NCBI GenBank assembly: GCA_010093995.1
Contig: ML992501.1
Location: 1,270,566-1,334,565 of the forward strand
DNA: 64,000 nt
Direction of reading: 5' to 3'
Source: Elsinoe ampelina
Lineage: Eukaryota
Under the pieces are notes generated by a model. It did no database searches, was not told the origin of the DNA, and worked only from the letters and a program-made list of their open reading frames with translations. Every line of letters begins with the position of its first letter. Position 1 is the stretch's first letter. Of this stretch, positions 1 through 13,983 are shown piece by piece. Both the position numbers and the translations under genes were made by a program.

Positions 1-1043
1 CTAGGGTTAGATCCCTAACACTTAGTATAGCGATTAGTACTATAGTAGACTACTCTACTAGTAGCACTAGAAGCTATTAAAGCAGTAGAGTAGTTAGCAG
101 ATCTAGTAAGGTTAACTTACTTAGTTAGATCCTTAACTAGAATAGGATTAGTAACTACTAGGTATACACTACAGGTACTAAAGGCCTAGACTACTATAGA
201 CCTCTAGATAGGATACAAGTTAGCATAGTTATAATAACTAATCATCCTAAGCCTAAGGAGAGCATTCTAGATTATATCGGCCAACTATTAAGTCAAAGTC
301 TAAGTTAATTAGGCTATTAATGTTAGCTTATGCTATTAATGCTTTATAGCTACTTACTAAGAGTATTAAGACGAGTAATTAGTCTTATAGTAGTATTGTA
401 ATTAATATTAGAAGTACTAGGCAACCTTAATAGAGGATTTCTCTTCTTACTACTACCTCCGCTACCTAGTAGACTACTTAGAGCACTAGCACTAGTAGTA
501 ATGCTACTAATGCCTAGCTATTACTATACTATAGCGCTTATGTTATAAGTGTTGTTAATATAGCACAGTAAGAAGGTAAAAGTGTTATATGAAAGAAAAG
601 GCTACTACTATAAGTGTAATAAAGGAAAGAGAAATTATAAAGAGGTAGGTTAGATACTTATATCTCTTTAATTAAGACTTATAAGCTAGTCTATTTATAT
701 AAACAATAGCTGCCTAGCTATTGTTAATAGTTACTATTGTTGCTAGCAATTATAAGCCAAACTGACGGTAAATTCTTACCAATAATTAGCTAACACTAAC
801 AATTATAAGCAATTACAAAGAGATAAAGTAATAAGCTAATCACTTTACTTACATATAATAGGACAGTTCTCTAGCTTTAGCAATCTATACTAGAGGGGGA
901 GTGTTGTAATAGAAGGCTAGTACAGCTTCTCTAGTACTAAAGAACTGGTACTGATGAGTCAGCGTACGCACAGTAGATAAATCGGTTATTGTAACTCTCT
1001 GAATGAAACACACGTCTCTCGATCCGATTTGCTAGTTATAACA
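1..1043 (+). mobile_element. 3' end of a RIP-degraded Ty1/copia LTR retrotransposon (truncated by window start)
   Basis: AT-rich and TpA-rich, with no ORFs. The polypurine tract GAGGGGGAG (893-901) immediately precedes a TG..CA LTR at 902-1043. Positions 1-1043 are the reverse complement of ~49060-50102 apart from transitions. Confidence 0.93.
902..1043 (+). repeat. 142-bp LTR (3' LTR)
   Basis: TGTTG...TAACA termini; near-identical to the reverse complement of 49060-49201, 54870-55011 and 57138-57279. Confidence 0.95.
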
Positions 1044-1407
1044 GACCTGTCCCTTCATCATCTACGTACTGCATTTCCTCCATTGCAGCCATCACTTTTA
1101 CAAGCCGAATATCGTCTACCCAAGACGGTTCGCTCAGCTTTAAAGCTATCTTGACGTCCTCCCGTCTCCGCGGCTCTAGATGGAAATGTCTCGCCTTTCT
1201 TCTTGGCGCAAGCCACCGCACCGCCGATCACGCCTGCATGCATCCTTCGCCGGTGCAGAAAGGCAGTGATTCTGCAGGCGCGCGAAAACAAGGTAGGTGA
1301 GGCGCAGCGAAGGGCACCTTCATGCCGTTATGACTTCCCTTCTCCCAAGGACTGACCAAGAGTCTACTTCCCTGAGGCATCGTTGACAACATCAGTCCTG
1401 CACAACC

Positions 1408-3397
1408 ATGGCGGCTACACGACCGCTGTCTTTAACGCCAGCGGCGGTCTGGGATTACGAGGCCGAATGGAACTTGTTTGAGGTCTCTGTCGGGACTCCA
1501 CCACAGACCTTTCGACTTCTGCCACACGTCAACGGCAACACTGCACTCGTACCCACTGGAGACATCTGCCGTTCGATAGAGTCTAAAAGTACTTGTGCTG
1601 CCCGACATGGTGTTTTGCCCTTTCAAGGACGTAACAGTACCGGCTTTCTTGCCAACGAGAGTTCGACATGGGAAAGCATCCAGGTTCAAGACGCAGGCTT
1701 GGTCGGCTACGACGGTGTCAAAGTCGACGCGACATTCGGCTTTGACACAGTCTCTTTCGGTCCAGACCAGGTCCTCGATCGTCGCGTGACTGGCGCGTTT
1801 GAAGATCTAGAGCTCTGGACGGGCACGCTTGGGCTTGATGCAAGATCAGTCAATGTCAGTAGATTAGGATCGCCACAGCGGAGTCTAATGAGTGCACTAC
1901 GGAGTAATGGATCGATACCAAGCTTGAGCTATGGCTATGTAGCGGGCGCCTACTACCGTTGGTCACCGTCGAGCTGATCACCTGCAACATCTCAATTGAC
2001 ATCCACACAGGCTACGAGTCCGTCCCCGCCTCCCTCACCCTCGGCGGCGTAGACACATCCCGTTACATCCCCTCTCCCCTCTCCATACCCTTCTCCAACT
2101 CCACCACCTCCCCTCTCGAAGTCTCCTTGACTTCCATCTCCCTTTCCAGCACAACCAACGGCACCGTCTCCCTCTCTACCGCCCCACTCACCCTCACAAT
2201 CGACTCCTCCATCCCCGAACTCATCCTCCCCCAATCCCTCTGCGACATCCTCGCCACCACCTTCCGCCTTACCTACGACAACGAAACCCTCCTCTACGAA
2301 CGCAGCTCTAGCTACGACACCACCCTCACCCGCGCCTCCACCAGTCTCAGCTTCACCTTCACCTCCCCCTCCACCTCTTCCTCCTCTTCACCAGCAGCAG
2401 CGCAGGAACAAACCATAACTCTCCCCTACACAGCCTTCCGCCTCTCCCACCCCCTCGCCTCCAGTTTCTCAGGCTACTTCCCCATCCGCGCCGCTTCCAA
2501 CCCGCCATATACCCTCGGCCGCGTGATTCTCCAGGAAGCATACCTCACCGTCGACCATGAAAGGCGAAACTTCTCCCTCAGCCAAGCGGTGTACACCAAC
2601 CCCATGCCCCCTGTGTCCCTCCGCGCCATCGAGCCCTCATCCGGAGCGTCCGGTACCGCGGGCACAGGCAGCTCTAGTAGTGCAAGCAGCGAGGCCAGCC
2701 CAAGCAAAGGCGCCATCGCGGGAATCGCCACCGGCGCCGTCCTCGGGCTACTCCTCCTCCTCTTCGTCGCAGGCTGGTACATCCTGCGCCGTCGCCGCCG
2801 CCGACGACCACACCGCCCACGCCCCCCGCCGACCTCAAATGGCCCGGTGGACCGCGACGAAAAGAGACTCTCCAGCGACGCAACGCCAGAGCTCGCCGCC
2901 CGCGACCGGCCGGGCGAAGTGGGGGGCGAGACCGCGAAATGGGGCTCTTTCGGCGTGCAAGAGCTGCGCGCGAGGGAGGCGGCGGGTGAGCTTTACGGGG
3001 ACGGACAAGTGGGGCAGGCGGAGGGGGTGGTGGAGTTGGAGGGCAGTCGGGTCGAGAGGTCGGGGGTCGGGGGCCAGGGAGGCGGACGTGGAGGGGATGT
3101 ACCTCGGGGCTGGAGNNNNNNNNNNNNNNNNNNNNNNNNNNNNNNNNNNNNNNNNNNNNNNNNNNNNNNNNNNNNNNNNNNNNNNNNNNNNNNNNNNNNN
3201 NGGGGGTGAGGAGGAAGCCGTTGGGGTTGGATAAGGTGGATACTGCTAGTTTTGGAAATGGTCAAGGGGCCGGTGGGAGGACGAGTGAGATGTTCAGTCC
3301 TTTGAGCGGGAGGGGGGAGGGGAGCGAGCGGATGTTCCCTGGTGGGGGATCGAGTCCGGTGAGTCCGCTTGTGGAGCGGCGGAGCGAGGTGTTGTGA
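1408..3397 (+). CDS. Pepsin-like (A1) aspartic-protease-fold protein with a single TM helix and cytoplasmic tail; probably catalytically degenerate
   Basis: Motifs VSVGTPPQTF, GTLGL, SLTLGG, IDSS and LGRVILQEAYL; TM segment GAIAGIATGAVLGLLLLLFVAGWYIL followed by poly-R. Intron 1958-2010 (GTTGGT..CAG) joins the two ORFs. The 3' end crosses the N gap at 3116-3201, so the stop is inferred. Confidence 0.85.
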
Positions 3398-3626
3398 TAG
3401 ATGGATAGAAGGGAAGAATGGTAAGGGAGTGGAATGCCCTGTTCCGTATTCCTCGAGCGTCTATGAAACGAATACACCTAGCAAGTATCATCTTTCGCCA
3501 TAGATGGTATTCACATGTCCTGCCGCCTATATACACCCGGCCTTGTCCGTCCTGTCCAATATCGTAACCATAAATCGTGTACATCCAGAATCGAAGATGC
3601 TGTACAATCCCTCCTCTTGACGTCAT

Positions 3627-6600
3627 TCATGCTGCGGTCGTGCCATCATGGCCACCCCGGCCTCTCTGCGTTGGACCGCCGCCACCTCTTCCGCGGCTTC
3701 TCCCAGACCTCTCCCTTCTGGCTTCGCGATCGCCGGTAGCTTGTGGCTTCTCGCTGCCATCACGGACTTGCCTACCACTGCTGCGTCTCTCGGCCCCGTC
3801 TTTACCCCTTCCTCTCCCACGGCCAGATTTCCCACCACGTTTGGCGGCACCATTTGCGCTGGTGCTGGCTTCCTCATCTCCCTCGTCAGGTGGTAAAAGT
3901 CCAGCTTCGATCTTCAGCCGTCGTTCTTCCTTGTCCCACCACTCCTGGAACTCCTGCTCAGCTTGAATGTCCTGTAGACTTCGCTTGGCATTGTCCTCTT
4001 TGACTTTGGCGATGATGTCCTTTTCCGTTTGCTGCTGGTTGAGAATATCAGCCATGGACAGCTGTATCGAAGGTTCCACAGGTCTAGGCTGATGTCGAAT
4101 GGACTGCACAGATGAAGTAGGCGCAGTGGCAGATTTGACGGGTGCTGGACGGGAAGCCGTTGTGGGAGTCGTGGGTGAGGCCGCAGCAGGTACCATTGGC
4201 GGCTTTTGGACCGATGCCGAAGGCGTCGGTTTTGAGTTGGCTATGGTCTGCCTCATGGTAAGGTGAGGGGTCGACGATCGGCTTGGGATATTCGGCTTTG
4301 CCTGTGCAGGTGGTGGAGAAGCTTTGTTTTCACCATGCAACACGTCCTTGAGCGATGGGATCTTCGCAGATGACCCGACTGTCTGCCACGGCGAGGCTTT
4401 AGGTGGAGGTGTGCCTCGCATAAGCGGAGTGAGCTCCTCTGTCGTGTTGACCTGCTTCTGCGCCTGCATCTGTGCGGAAGCTTGCTGCTGTTGCAGTTTC
4501 TTGCGCTCCTTCTGCGACATCTTGCTGATAGCTGTTGCACCTGATGGCTCAGCCTTTGCCTTGCTAGCAGCGATCTCAGCAGAGAGACTGGAGATGCGGC
4601 TTGAAGACGTTTGAGCCATGATGTCTCTCATATCGAGCTTTTTGACTGCTGCCGGCGAGGCCGCCCAAGGAGCTCCTGCTGGGCCGGACGATGCCTCTGT
4701 AGGGTGTAATCTTGGACTGGGAGATCCTGTGAGGGGTTTCATAGCGGGGCTCGCAGCAGGCGGAGACAATGCTTTGCCCCGTGAGTCGAACCAGACATCC
4801 TGTAATGGAGATCCGATATAGGATCCGCTCGAGGTAGGCCTTGCCTGACCACGATCAATACTCAGTGCTGGCGCACCAAGATCAAGATCAAGGTCGATTG
4901 CTTCATCATAAGTAGATCCGAGCTTGTCGACGGCTTCCTTGCCCTTCATAGCGGGACTCTGTCTCGAGGTCGGCCCGTTCTTTGAACGTCGTCTCGATTT
5001 CTGCTGAGTCGGCGAGGCATGATCGGGATCGAAGCTGTGTGCTCTGAATGAATTTGATGCCCAATTGTCAATGTCTGAGTGCTTGGTATGGATGGCGATG
5101 GAGTCAATCTTTGCTTGGCGATTGCGATCAAGAATGTCCACTAGTTCGGGATGTCTCTCCAGTAGTAGTGCTTCAGCACGGCCACTCTTCGCAAATGGCA
5201 TGCACGCAAGCTGATTCGCTCGCACAGTTTCATCAAGTTCGTACAGCAGGTCCTCATCGAGTTCGTCGAGGAGACTAAAGCACAGTCAGAGATGAGCTAC
5301 TGCTATCCAAGCCCTCGACTTACCCTCCGTGTAGCATGGACTCCAAACTCAAGCACATGTACTCAAGAGTGGCGTCCTTGAATTCCGAGACCGAGCTGGG
5401 TGCGACGGCATTGAGGAGTGATGCCACGTTGCGTATGTTGACTTATTCAGGTCAGTGAAGCAACAACAAAGATATCCGATGGATAATTACCGTATTGACC
5501 CATGACCTTCTGACAGATTTGTGCAAGCCGGTCAAGCATCAGCTCGTTCGCCACGCTGAGGACTTCCATGATAGTATCGAAAAAGTCCTCAAGATCTGTG
5601 CTCACAACGTTATCAAACAAGTCTTCTCCACTATCGGCATAAATGTGCCGCAGCACAATCTGGAAGATGGGAGGATCGATATGCTTGAGATCCACCTTGA
5701 CCAGATCTGATTTGTCGGCGCTACGACGGCCCTCCAGCCAGCGTCCACCAGCACGACCCATGAACATTCCTTCAAAGAATGGGCATCTGCGGCAAACGAT
5801 TGCGCTATGTACTGGCACCTCCTCATCGTCAGCCAGCTCGACTAGGATGTCTGCATTGTCGAAATAAATCGGATCTCGATATGCGCCCTCAAAATCCTCG
5901 TTCATGGTCTTTGAAGGTGAGATCATTTGTCTGACAGAGGCTTCCAAATGCTTCATGCCTAGGTTACTAGCAATCTTCATCAGCTCGGTCCTGATTGCCC
6001 GATATCGATGAGCCAATTTTGGCGCCCTGCTGGCATAATGCCAGTAGTCAATGACGTTATCGGTGTACAGATAGAGTACAAAATTGACAAGTGTCAATGG
6101 ATCCAGTCCAGTGAGGGTGATGGTCGGTACCGTTGAAGACGAATCGATCTTCAAGAAATCCAAATCCTCTGCATCTGTATCCGTCAAGAGCAGCGCAAGC
6201 TTGTCTCGGAGTACGCGGCTACGAGCTGCTAGTACCGATTGGTGTGCCGGAATGGCAAGATCTGAGACGTTTGAGAGTAGTACCACGTCGTAGCCATCCT
6301 CTGCCGGGCCATTAATATGATACAAGTGTTGCTTAAGCTCCATTTCCAGATCCTTGGACTCGAGAAGATGCTTCTTCAAAAGTACTACCTCATCGGTGTT
6401 CTTTCCTTGCCAAAACCTAGGAGCAGGGGTTTCGCTTTCGCTGTCAGGTGTCATGGCCGATGTTTGAAAATCTCTGAATGACAGAAGTGGCAGAAGATCC
6501 CTCCACAATCCACTTTCCTCCACTGCAATCTGTGTCTTGGTCACATCGCAATCTCGCCGTATGGCCGCATAAGCGCCATACGATGACGCGCGAACGCCAA

Positions 6601-8638
6601 TCACGCGGGTCAAGCCGGAAACACGAGAGAACTTGTAGTCTTTTGGCTTGTAGTCTGCGGTCCCGGACGCAGTAGCATCCTTGATCTTAGCTCGCCGAGA
6701 ACGCTTCCAGACGCTTCCTTCTTCCGTGGTGATAATAATAGAACCATCTGCATCGACCCCGACGTCTCGGGCAGCCATGTTGTGTTTCTTGAGAGACCAG
6801 ATACATTGCGGCTGTGAAAGAGCGGCCTTGATCTTTCCGGGATTTGTCGTTGAGGCGTTAGTGGATTGAGCGCCCTGAGGCTGCCCTACCGACAAACTGT
6901 ATACTTCGCCGTTGCTAGACATGGCACAGATGGAGTCTCCACCAGAGGTGACCTGAACAACATGGTTTTGCCAACTGTCTGCTTGCATTGTTGTCATCTT
7001 GTCATTCAAGAAATAGTTCTGAAAGCTATTGGTGGGGAATTGTACTTTCGCATAGCCGTAATTTGCGAAGACCCAGCAATCATGTGAGCCAGATAGGAGA
7101 CAGATGGTTGCCCGGTCAATAGCAGAGATAGATGCTATTGGGGTAGAGAAGAGAGACGCGCCGACTTTGCGCGGTATCAGCTGCACTTCCAGTGATCGCG
7201 CGTCCGAGTCAACCAGACCGAGCTGACCTTCGTTTTTGCCCCAAGTAAAAAGCGAATTTCCAGTGTATGCAACGGAATGTATGCGAGAAGCCGCCACACC
7301 ATGTATGACTTCACGCTTCAAGGGTCCGAATATTTGGCGAGGTAGTGTCTGCACTGGATCTTCGTCTTTCAGCCCTGTTCGTGGTAGGGAATAGCCCAAT
7401 TGTCCGAAAGAGTTTGAGCCCCATGAGAAGATCTCGCCGTCATCTGTAATAGCCAGGGTGTGATTGAGACCAAGTCCGACGGAGACTATCTTCTTGCCTG
7501 ACAGTCCACCACCTTCGACACAGGCAAAGGTGAATTGAGACTTCTCGTGTCCAAGACCGAGTCTACCACCAGGTCCATGACCGCAGACGTGCAGATTTGA
7601 CTCTGGATCATCGGTCAAAACAGCTGTATGTAACTTCGACATGAAGACATCTTCGATCTTGATGGGGCGACTTTGCACAACCCAAGGCATTGATTCAACA
7701 GGTACGTGCTGCTTAGCGTTGCTTGTTGGGTGATCCAAGTGGGTAGAGTCGGCCATGGAGGACGCTTTAGCACCGTTTGCCATGTGCTCGCGGTAGAAGC
7801 GCTGGAGCAAGTGTGGAGGTCGTCTCAGAGTAATCCTTTCGGGCCACTGTCTATCATCTTCATCTCCAAAACCGAGGGTAATGTTGCGGTTGCTCCCAAA
7901 GGTGAAGCACTCGTCACCAATAGTGCCTTTCGGTGGCATGTGGCGAGCACGTCGTGGAGCATCACTGTCCTCAGCGCCTGGCATATCCGTGTCGCTTGAC
8001 ACCGAATCAGATCGCCCTCGTCCAGCTGACTCGGGATGCAGTGAGCGGTCTTGAATCGTGGCAGCATACAGATCAAGTGGACCATGACCTTCACGATCCT
8101 TGATTTTGATCAAACCCAGAACATGATGTGTTTTGCCACTGAGAGCTCGACCAAATGCATTATGAGCGTCTCTTTCGAGAATGGCCCGAGCGATAGAGAT
8201 GTTGCCAAAGTAGAAAGCTCGGTGGAGAGCTGTCCAGCCGCTTTCCAAATCTTGGAGATACAAGTCGACCAGAGGATGATCGAGTAGCGCCTGGACAAAG
8301 GAGATGGCATTTTCTGAATTGGAGGAGGCAGCATGATGAAGGATTGTGAGGCCATGCGCGTCGCGCCAGTTGACGTCTGCCCTGGTCAAAGTGATGGGCC
8401 CCTGACCGCTTCCGGGAGTGTGTATGTCTCGCGCTGGTGTCCGCTTCCCCTTTGCGCCGAGTATAGGACTTGATCCTCCATGTGTTGCAGGACTCGAGCT
8501 CAATTGCGTGTTCATATTCTGCCCGCCTCCTGCTCCTTTCTGTGCCGGCGCGCGCACATGATATGTCGCCGTCTCCAACAGGTGCCGGAAGCGGTCGACA
8601 TCATCTTCGAGAAAGTATCTCCAGAGATAGCTGCTCAT
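3627..8638 (-). CDS. btb1: Ankyrin + RCC1-repeat + BTB/POZ protein (Btb1/IBTK-like Cul3 adaptor)
   Basis: Ankyrin motifs (GLTILHHAA, GWTALHRA), RCC1 repeats (FSWGSNSFGQLG, FTWGKNEGQLG) and two BTB domains (IPAHQSVLAARS, VHSAIVCRRCPFF). Introns 5442-5490 and 5275-5323 link the ORFs. Confidence 0.88.
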
Positions 8639-9887
8639 GGGCTAGAGTGGGGGGATGCTTGCGCGCAGCTTCGACTATGGCACCTCGCCTTGACCTCGGG
8701 GGATCAAAGCTTGTTTAAAGGTACCGGCGAAGCTGACCAGCGGTCGAGAGAAGGGGAGGGGAGGTTGTTGGTTCCTCGATCAGTCGATCAGTCGGTCGTC
8801 GTTGAAGATGCCGTTTCCGTGAAGCTTTGGGTGCGATAAAGGTGACGTTGAGCTGACAGACGTGTGGCGATTGCACAGAGATCTTGGGCTGACAACGATA
8901 TCCAAGTGTCGGCGACTGTGGTGGATTGTCGAGTAAGCAGTTGACGCGTCTTATGTTGAACAAAGAGGATGCTCGTCGACTGGTATACAATGAATATTGG
9001 ACAGGTGTGCCGTCATGACCGGACATGGGAACGCGACCTTCCCCGCGGCCGGCGCTCAATCACTTGCTGCCCTCGAAAACGTGGTCCCTGCGTCCATCGG
9101 AACAAGGCAGATCTCGCTAATTGCACTTAGCCGTTTCCTGTCTAGTGTCGAGTCAGCTCGTCGACGAATATCCGAAGCTGCCGTGCTGCGGAAATGCTTC
9201 ATGTTGTAGAGCTTCAGCAGATGCCTTTGACGACACCTTCTACGCCGCGGCAAAATATTGTCGACCTTGAACCCTTCTTAGCCTTCGCATTCTCACCAGG
9301 TGTCTGCGCATGGACAAGTGATGACCCCCAGCAAAACTCCTGTGGTGCTGCACTGCCTTTACCGCTTCTCGCCGATTTTGTGGTGGCAGGGGCAGATTGT
9401 GTGCATCTCGCTGTTCATCAGGTCATCTTTGCTGATATTCTAGTCAAAGCCCGCATCTCACTACGCTCTAGGCGTTGCTGCATGAGCTTTCGACGGCTGG
9501 ATAGAGTAGCACTATGACTATGGCCAGCGCGTCGCAAACGTCCAAGTAAATCCGAAACACACATCGAGCGCGCGCGACTCGCCGCACTTCAATTCCTGAA
9601 ACACAACTCGGTCCTGTCAAATCAGCTGTGCCAGCAATGGTGCTGCCGCCTCACAACCCAGTCAAGTGGACCCGTACAAGCATTCACAGCTGCAAAGGAC
9701 GCGTTTCGACCAGGGTAGGTCCGACACTGACGCAACAGTGCAGCCGTCACAGGTCCTTTTTTCGCACGGTTCCCCACGGCCGCGTCTCCCTTGCTGCCGA
9801 CCTAATAGCTTTTATATCGAGCACTCTATCCTGCCCTAACGAATTCTCCCATCTCCAGAGGGTCACGGAATCACCAGCAGAGACAAC

Positions 9888-10479
9888 ATGCACTACCTCC
9901 ACTCCCTCCCGGCCTTGTGCCTAGCCATTGTCGCCACCACTAATGCACAACCTGTCCCTTCACTCTCCGACTGGACCGCGCTACATAAGACACCACGACC
10001 TCGGCATACCTCTCCGTACGAGTCACCGTCGTCAACCCAGCAGCAACCACTCCAGGTACTCCCATCACACCCGTCAACCTCGGAACATACCGCGCAATCC
10101 GAGCACAAGCCCACAGCTCCGTCAGTGAAAGTCGTCTCTGTACCAGCTACATACTTCCAATCATGGCTCGGCACAATACTCAATGACGGCAAAGCGGCGT
10201 CGTGCGAATGGTCCGCTCCCGGAGAGGCAGAGGCACCAGCAGCCAAGTGTCGTGTTGAGGGCTGAGGACAGGTACCCCCGAGATGTTGGTGGATGTTCCA
10301 GCAGCGCCACGAAGTCGACGGCAGCCTTTATGCTCTGCACCAGTATCCACTCACAAGAAGACCCGCGTCCGAGCCTGGAGACATGCATCATCCCGCCGGC
10401 GAGGTGGCCAAGGGCTTTCCTGCTATCGTGGCCGGACCCATGTGAAGGTGTAAAGGCAGCACACGACCAGCTTGTTTGA
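9888..10479 (+). CDS. Small secreted protein; 125 aa as assembled, possibly longer via a frameshift near 10260
   Basis: Signal peptide MHYLHSLPALCLAIVATTNA-Q and a P/S/T-rich linker. The ORF stops at 10265, but a Cys-containing frame continues to 10479. Confidence 0.5.
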
Positions 10480-11684
10480 AAGTCTGTTCTAATCAAGGTC
10501 AGTTAGATGGGTGCAGATTTGAGAGATACTTGACTGAATCCGCATGCTGCACGCTCGGAAAGTCATGGTCACGAGGACAATGCCTAAGGACTACGTGACA
10601 TACTATATAAATCAACAATCTGAGATGTCCTACATTCTTCTCATCAATTCTTGTCCAAGAGCCCGATACTGTTTCGCCCCATGTCCCATGAAATTGAGCC
10701 GTGCGGATACCTACCTCCTATGCAGTAATTGTAGCACCACGATGGCGGCGACCAAAGGGCAATCTGAGACGGCGACTTTTCGTCTACAACTTCCAGTTGG
10801 ACCACTTCCAGATTCTCGGGGTTTCACATCCCGCGTAAATGCACCTCGCCTCCCACAACCATGGAGTATCTGTATTTCGCATCAAATGGAGCCGTGCTAG
10901 ATGAGACCCATGAACTTTGATGCATGATACAAAGAGAGATATCAACGTGGTCTTTCTGGTTAAAAAGACATCCATGTCAAGAGAGCAGGATCGGCAACAT
11001 GACGAGACGTGTTACTGGAATATGCAGAGCCTGTGCGTCAATACAAGATAGACGATATGAGACAGACTATGGAGTTGATGTTGTCTTCCAAGGTTGATAT
11101 CATCGGCCTCCAAGAATGAAGCACGCCGACATCGGACTTTGCCGGAACAGTCGGTGATGAGCTTCAAGTGGCGTGGTGGGCTTTCAACGTCTTCCATTCA
11201 CATTATCGATCACCAATGTCTTGATGAACAGACATACATGCTACGTTGGTGGACGCTTCTTGATATCAGTCGGTGTAGAACGACCTCCAAGCCCGGGCAT
11301 GATGGGGTATGCCTCCAGCCCTAGAGAGGGCGAACTCCATCGGTCTTAGTCTGAAACATCTTGGTGGTCCACCTCGTACTTTTGAAGGCGACCATATTGC
11401 GCATCTATGGCATGGGAGTCTTATGCGTTTACTTGTAATCGAGCTGTACCAAATGACTTTCGTCAGCGGACCAGGTAGAATATCATGATCTCTCTGCTCA
11501 CAACGAGAAGCTAGTCGTTGGCTCTGGTGAGATGGGACCCACGAGTCTGTCTCAAATTGTGCTATTTTCGCGTAGCCCTAAACAAGCAGTCCCCGGGCCC
11601 TCAGATGAAGTCTCTGAATGTACGTGTACAAAATGCAGATACTGCCTTCCAATCGGTGTCGACCCATGCTCCAATGCTCACGCA

Positions 11685-12898
11685 ATGCTTCCGCTACGCA
11701 ATATTATCTTGGCCGTTGGCTTAATCAGTGGCATGTTCTGGATGTGCAGCTCGATATCTCGGCGCAGAACCTCGATACCGCTTTTCTATCCATCGACACC
11801 GAACGAGAAAGATCCGGACGTGGCTGGCAATGGCCAGATCGTATTCCGGAATGACACTCTGACATCGACCTTAGTCGTTCCCAGTCTCAAAGCCCAAAAT
11901 CCAGCTTGGCTGAAGCAAGTGACATGGATGGACAAGAAGATCTATACGGTCGACGACCCGAACAGCTGGCTCAAGGTGCCGGAAAACAAGGGAAATGAAG
12001 CCATGGTCTACCTCACCTACATCATCGACCACTACGACAAGCTCAGCGATGTGACGGTCTTCTCCCATCCTGATCGGTACCAATGGCACAACGATGACCC
12101 AGACTACGATGCGCTCCGCATACTACAGCGGCTCAACCTCACCTACGTAATGGAAGAAGGCTACGCCAACCTGAGATGCGCGTGGCTCATAGGGTGTCAA
12201 GCCGAGATCTGGCCGCACCGGGAAGCCGAGGCGTACGAGAAAAACCACAAGAACGATCCGAACTATGAGCTCCGTACTGGCGATGTGTTCAAGGAGATCT
12301 GGGAGGAGTTAATACCGGAGATGCCAGTTCCCGAGAACGTCGGTGTGGCGTGCTGTGCTCAATTCGCAGTGTCGGCTGAAGCGATCCGTCGACGACCACG
12401 AGCAGATTATATCAGGTACCGGCAGTGGCTGCTGGATACTGAGGATGATGATGATATCTCGGGTCGGATCTTTGAATACCTGTGGCACGGTGAGTACTCC
12501 TCTTCGACTAAAGGGTGTCTGTGCTAAGTAGAGCAGTAATCTTCGGCAAGACCAGCGTCTTCTGTCCTATTGCTGGCGATTGCTATTGTAAATTATACGG
12601 ACTTTGCAGCCTCAAGTGCGAAGACGACGACGGCTGCAATGAGCAATACGTCTTTCCCAAGTACGTCAAACTACCTGAAGCTTGGCCGGAAAAAGACTGG
12701 GATGGGAAGACACGTAAGCCTGGCACGATTTGGTGGACAAACGAGAAGGACGAGCAATCCAGCAAGAAGTGGAGAGAGATGCGCATCCTCTGGCTACCTG
12801 GCTACAAGAGTAAGCATACCGGAGTACAGCACCAGAAGCGGAAAGGTGTTCCTGCAGGAGGAAAGAAGACCGGAGGGAGAGGTGGACGAGGTCGGTGA
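11685..12898 (+). CDS. DUF3431-family type II membrane protein
   Basis: N-terminal anchor; motifs VPENKGNEAMVYLTYIIDHYD, HPDRYQWHND, CCAQFAVS and GRIFEYLWH. Intron 12490-12536 (GTGAGT..CTAAG..CAG). Confidence 0.88.
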
Positions 12899-13441
12899 AT
12901 ATCAGAGTATACCGACGGATAATGTCATAGATTTACAAATACTAGAACGGACTTCATCTCATGACTCTCTCGCTTCTTGGACACTTGAGAGATGAAACTT
13001 GAAGGCAATCCCTCAACGCCCACTGTCGAATAACACTTTGGGCCGAGCGCCACCAGGGGACCGGGGTGTCGAAGAGAGACATGAGTGATGAAAATGCAAG
13101 GAACGCTTCCCCCATCGGAGCTGGATAATATTCTTGCGGTCATGATTGACGAGACACATCCAGGTACAATGCAGGGAAGATGCACGCGTGACGCGCTGCG
13201 GAGGATGTTCAACATGACGACCCCGGATCTGCTCAATTTGCCTCGGAATCGCTTTGCTCGGTCAAAATCATTCCACGAGGCTTGCATCTCTGGAACAACT
13301 CTGTCCCCGCGTTTTCCTTTTTTGCCACGGTTGTTGACTCTTCAAACACAAAGTCTATCGCCGTCACACTTTAGCTTCTCAGACCATGTTGCTGCATGCA
13401 TACCGGCCTCAATCAAGCTTCACAAGATCACGTCCGTCGAC

Positions 13442-13713
13442 GGCTAGAAACGCGTGCAGTCTGACATGACTAACGCCGTCTGAAGCATCAACGCCCAACA
13501 GCCAACTGATCGGCACGCTGAAACAGCCACCAAATTCCCTGCGGGCGTGCAGGACTGCACCAAGAGTGCACCAAGAGCCTCGACGGCGTTGCTTGACTTG
13601 CATCTCACATCAACGCCGGCCTCATGCTCGCCGCTAATCTCCCGCTCGCCTGCCTTTCCGCTGACATGGAACATGCACGTCCGTCCTTGCACGACGCCCG
13701 GTGGGGTCTGGGG
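13442..13713 (+). promoter_or_regulatory. Possible XlnR-type (GGCTAG) and tandem CreA-type (SYGGRG) sites upstream of the arabinanase
   Basis: GGCTAG at 13442; GTGGGG at 13701 and CTGGGG at 13708. These are short motifs that also occur by chance. Confidence 0.3.
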
Positions 13714-13983
13714 TGCATCAACATGCATTCACACGTTTCTGGGCCCCTGCTGACCACTCTCCTCACCAACTCGAATGCTTTTGTAAGTGGAGCTCAATGC
13801 CTGATGTCCTAATTTCTGTATAGTCTACCAAATGCTGGCCCTTCATTGATGGAAACAACGGCCAGACGTCTCGTACCACAGCAATATCCATCTATATTGC
13901 CTCCTCGCAAGTATCTACATATATCTCCTTTCCCCTTCTCTCTCCCTTCCACCCACCATCCCCACCCCCCGACCACCGCCACC

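Noticed and set aside
1..110. Telomere-like TAGGGTTAG/CCCTAAC words at the window start
   Set aside because: Isolated words inside the retroelement, also present in the copy near 50090; not a tandem array.
10500..13450. Short ORFs flanking the DUF3431 gene (e.g. 10544-10900, 13085-13447)
   Set aside because: No recognisable motifs, codon bias or splice support.
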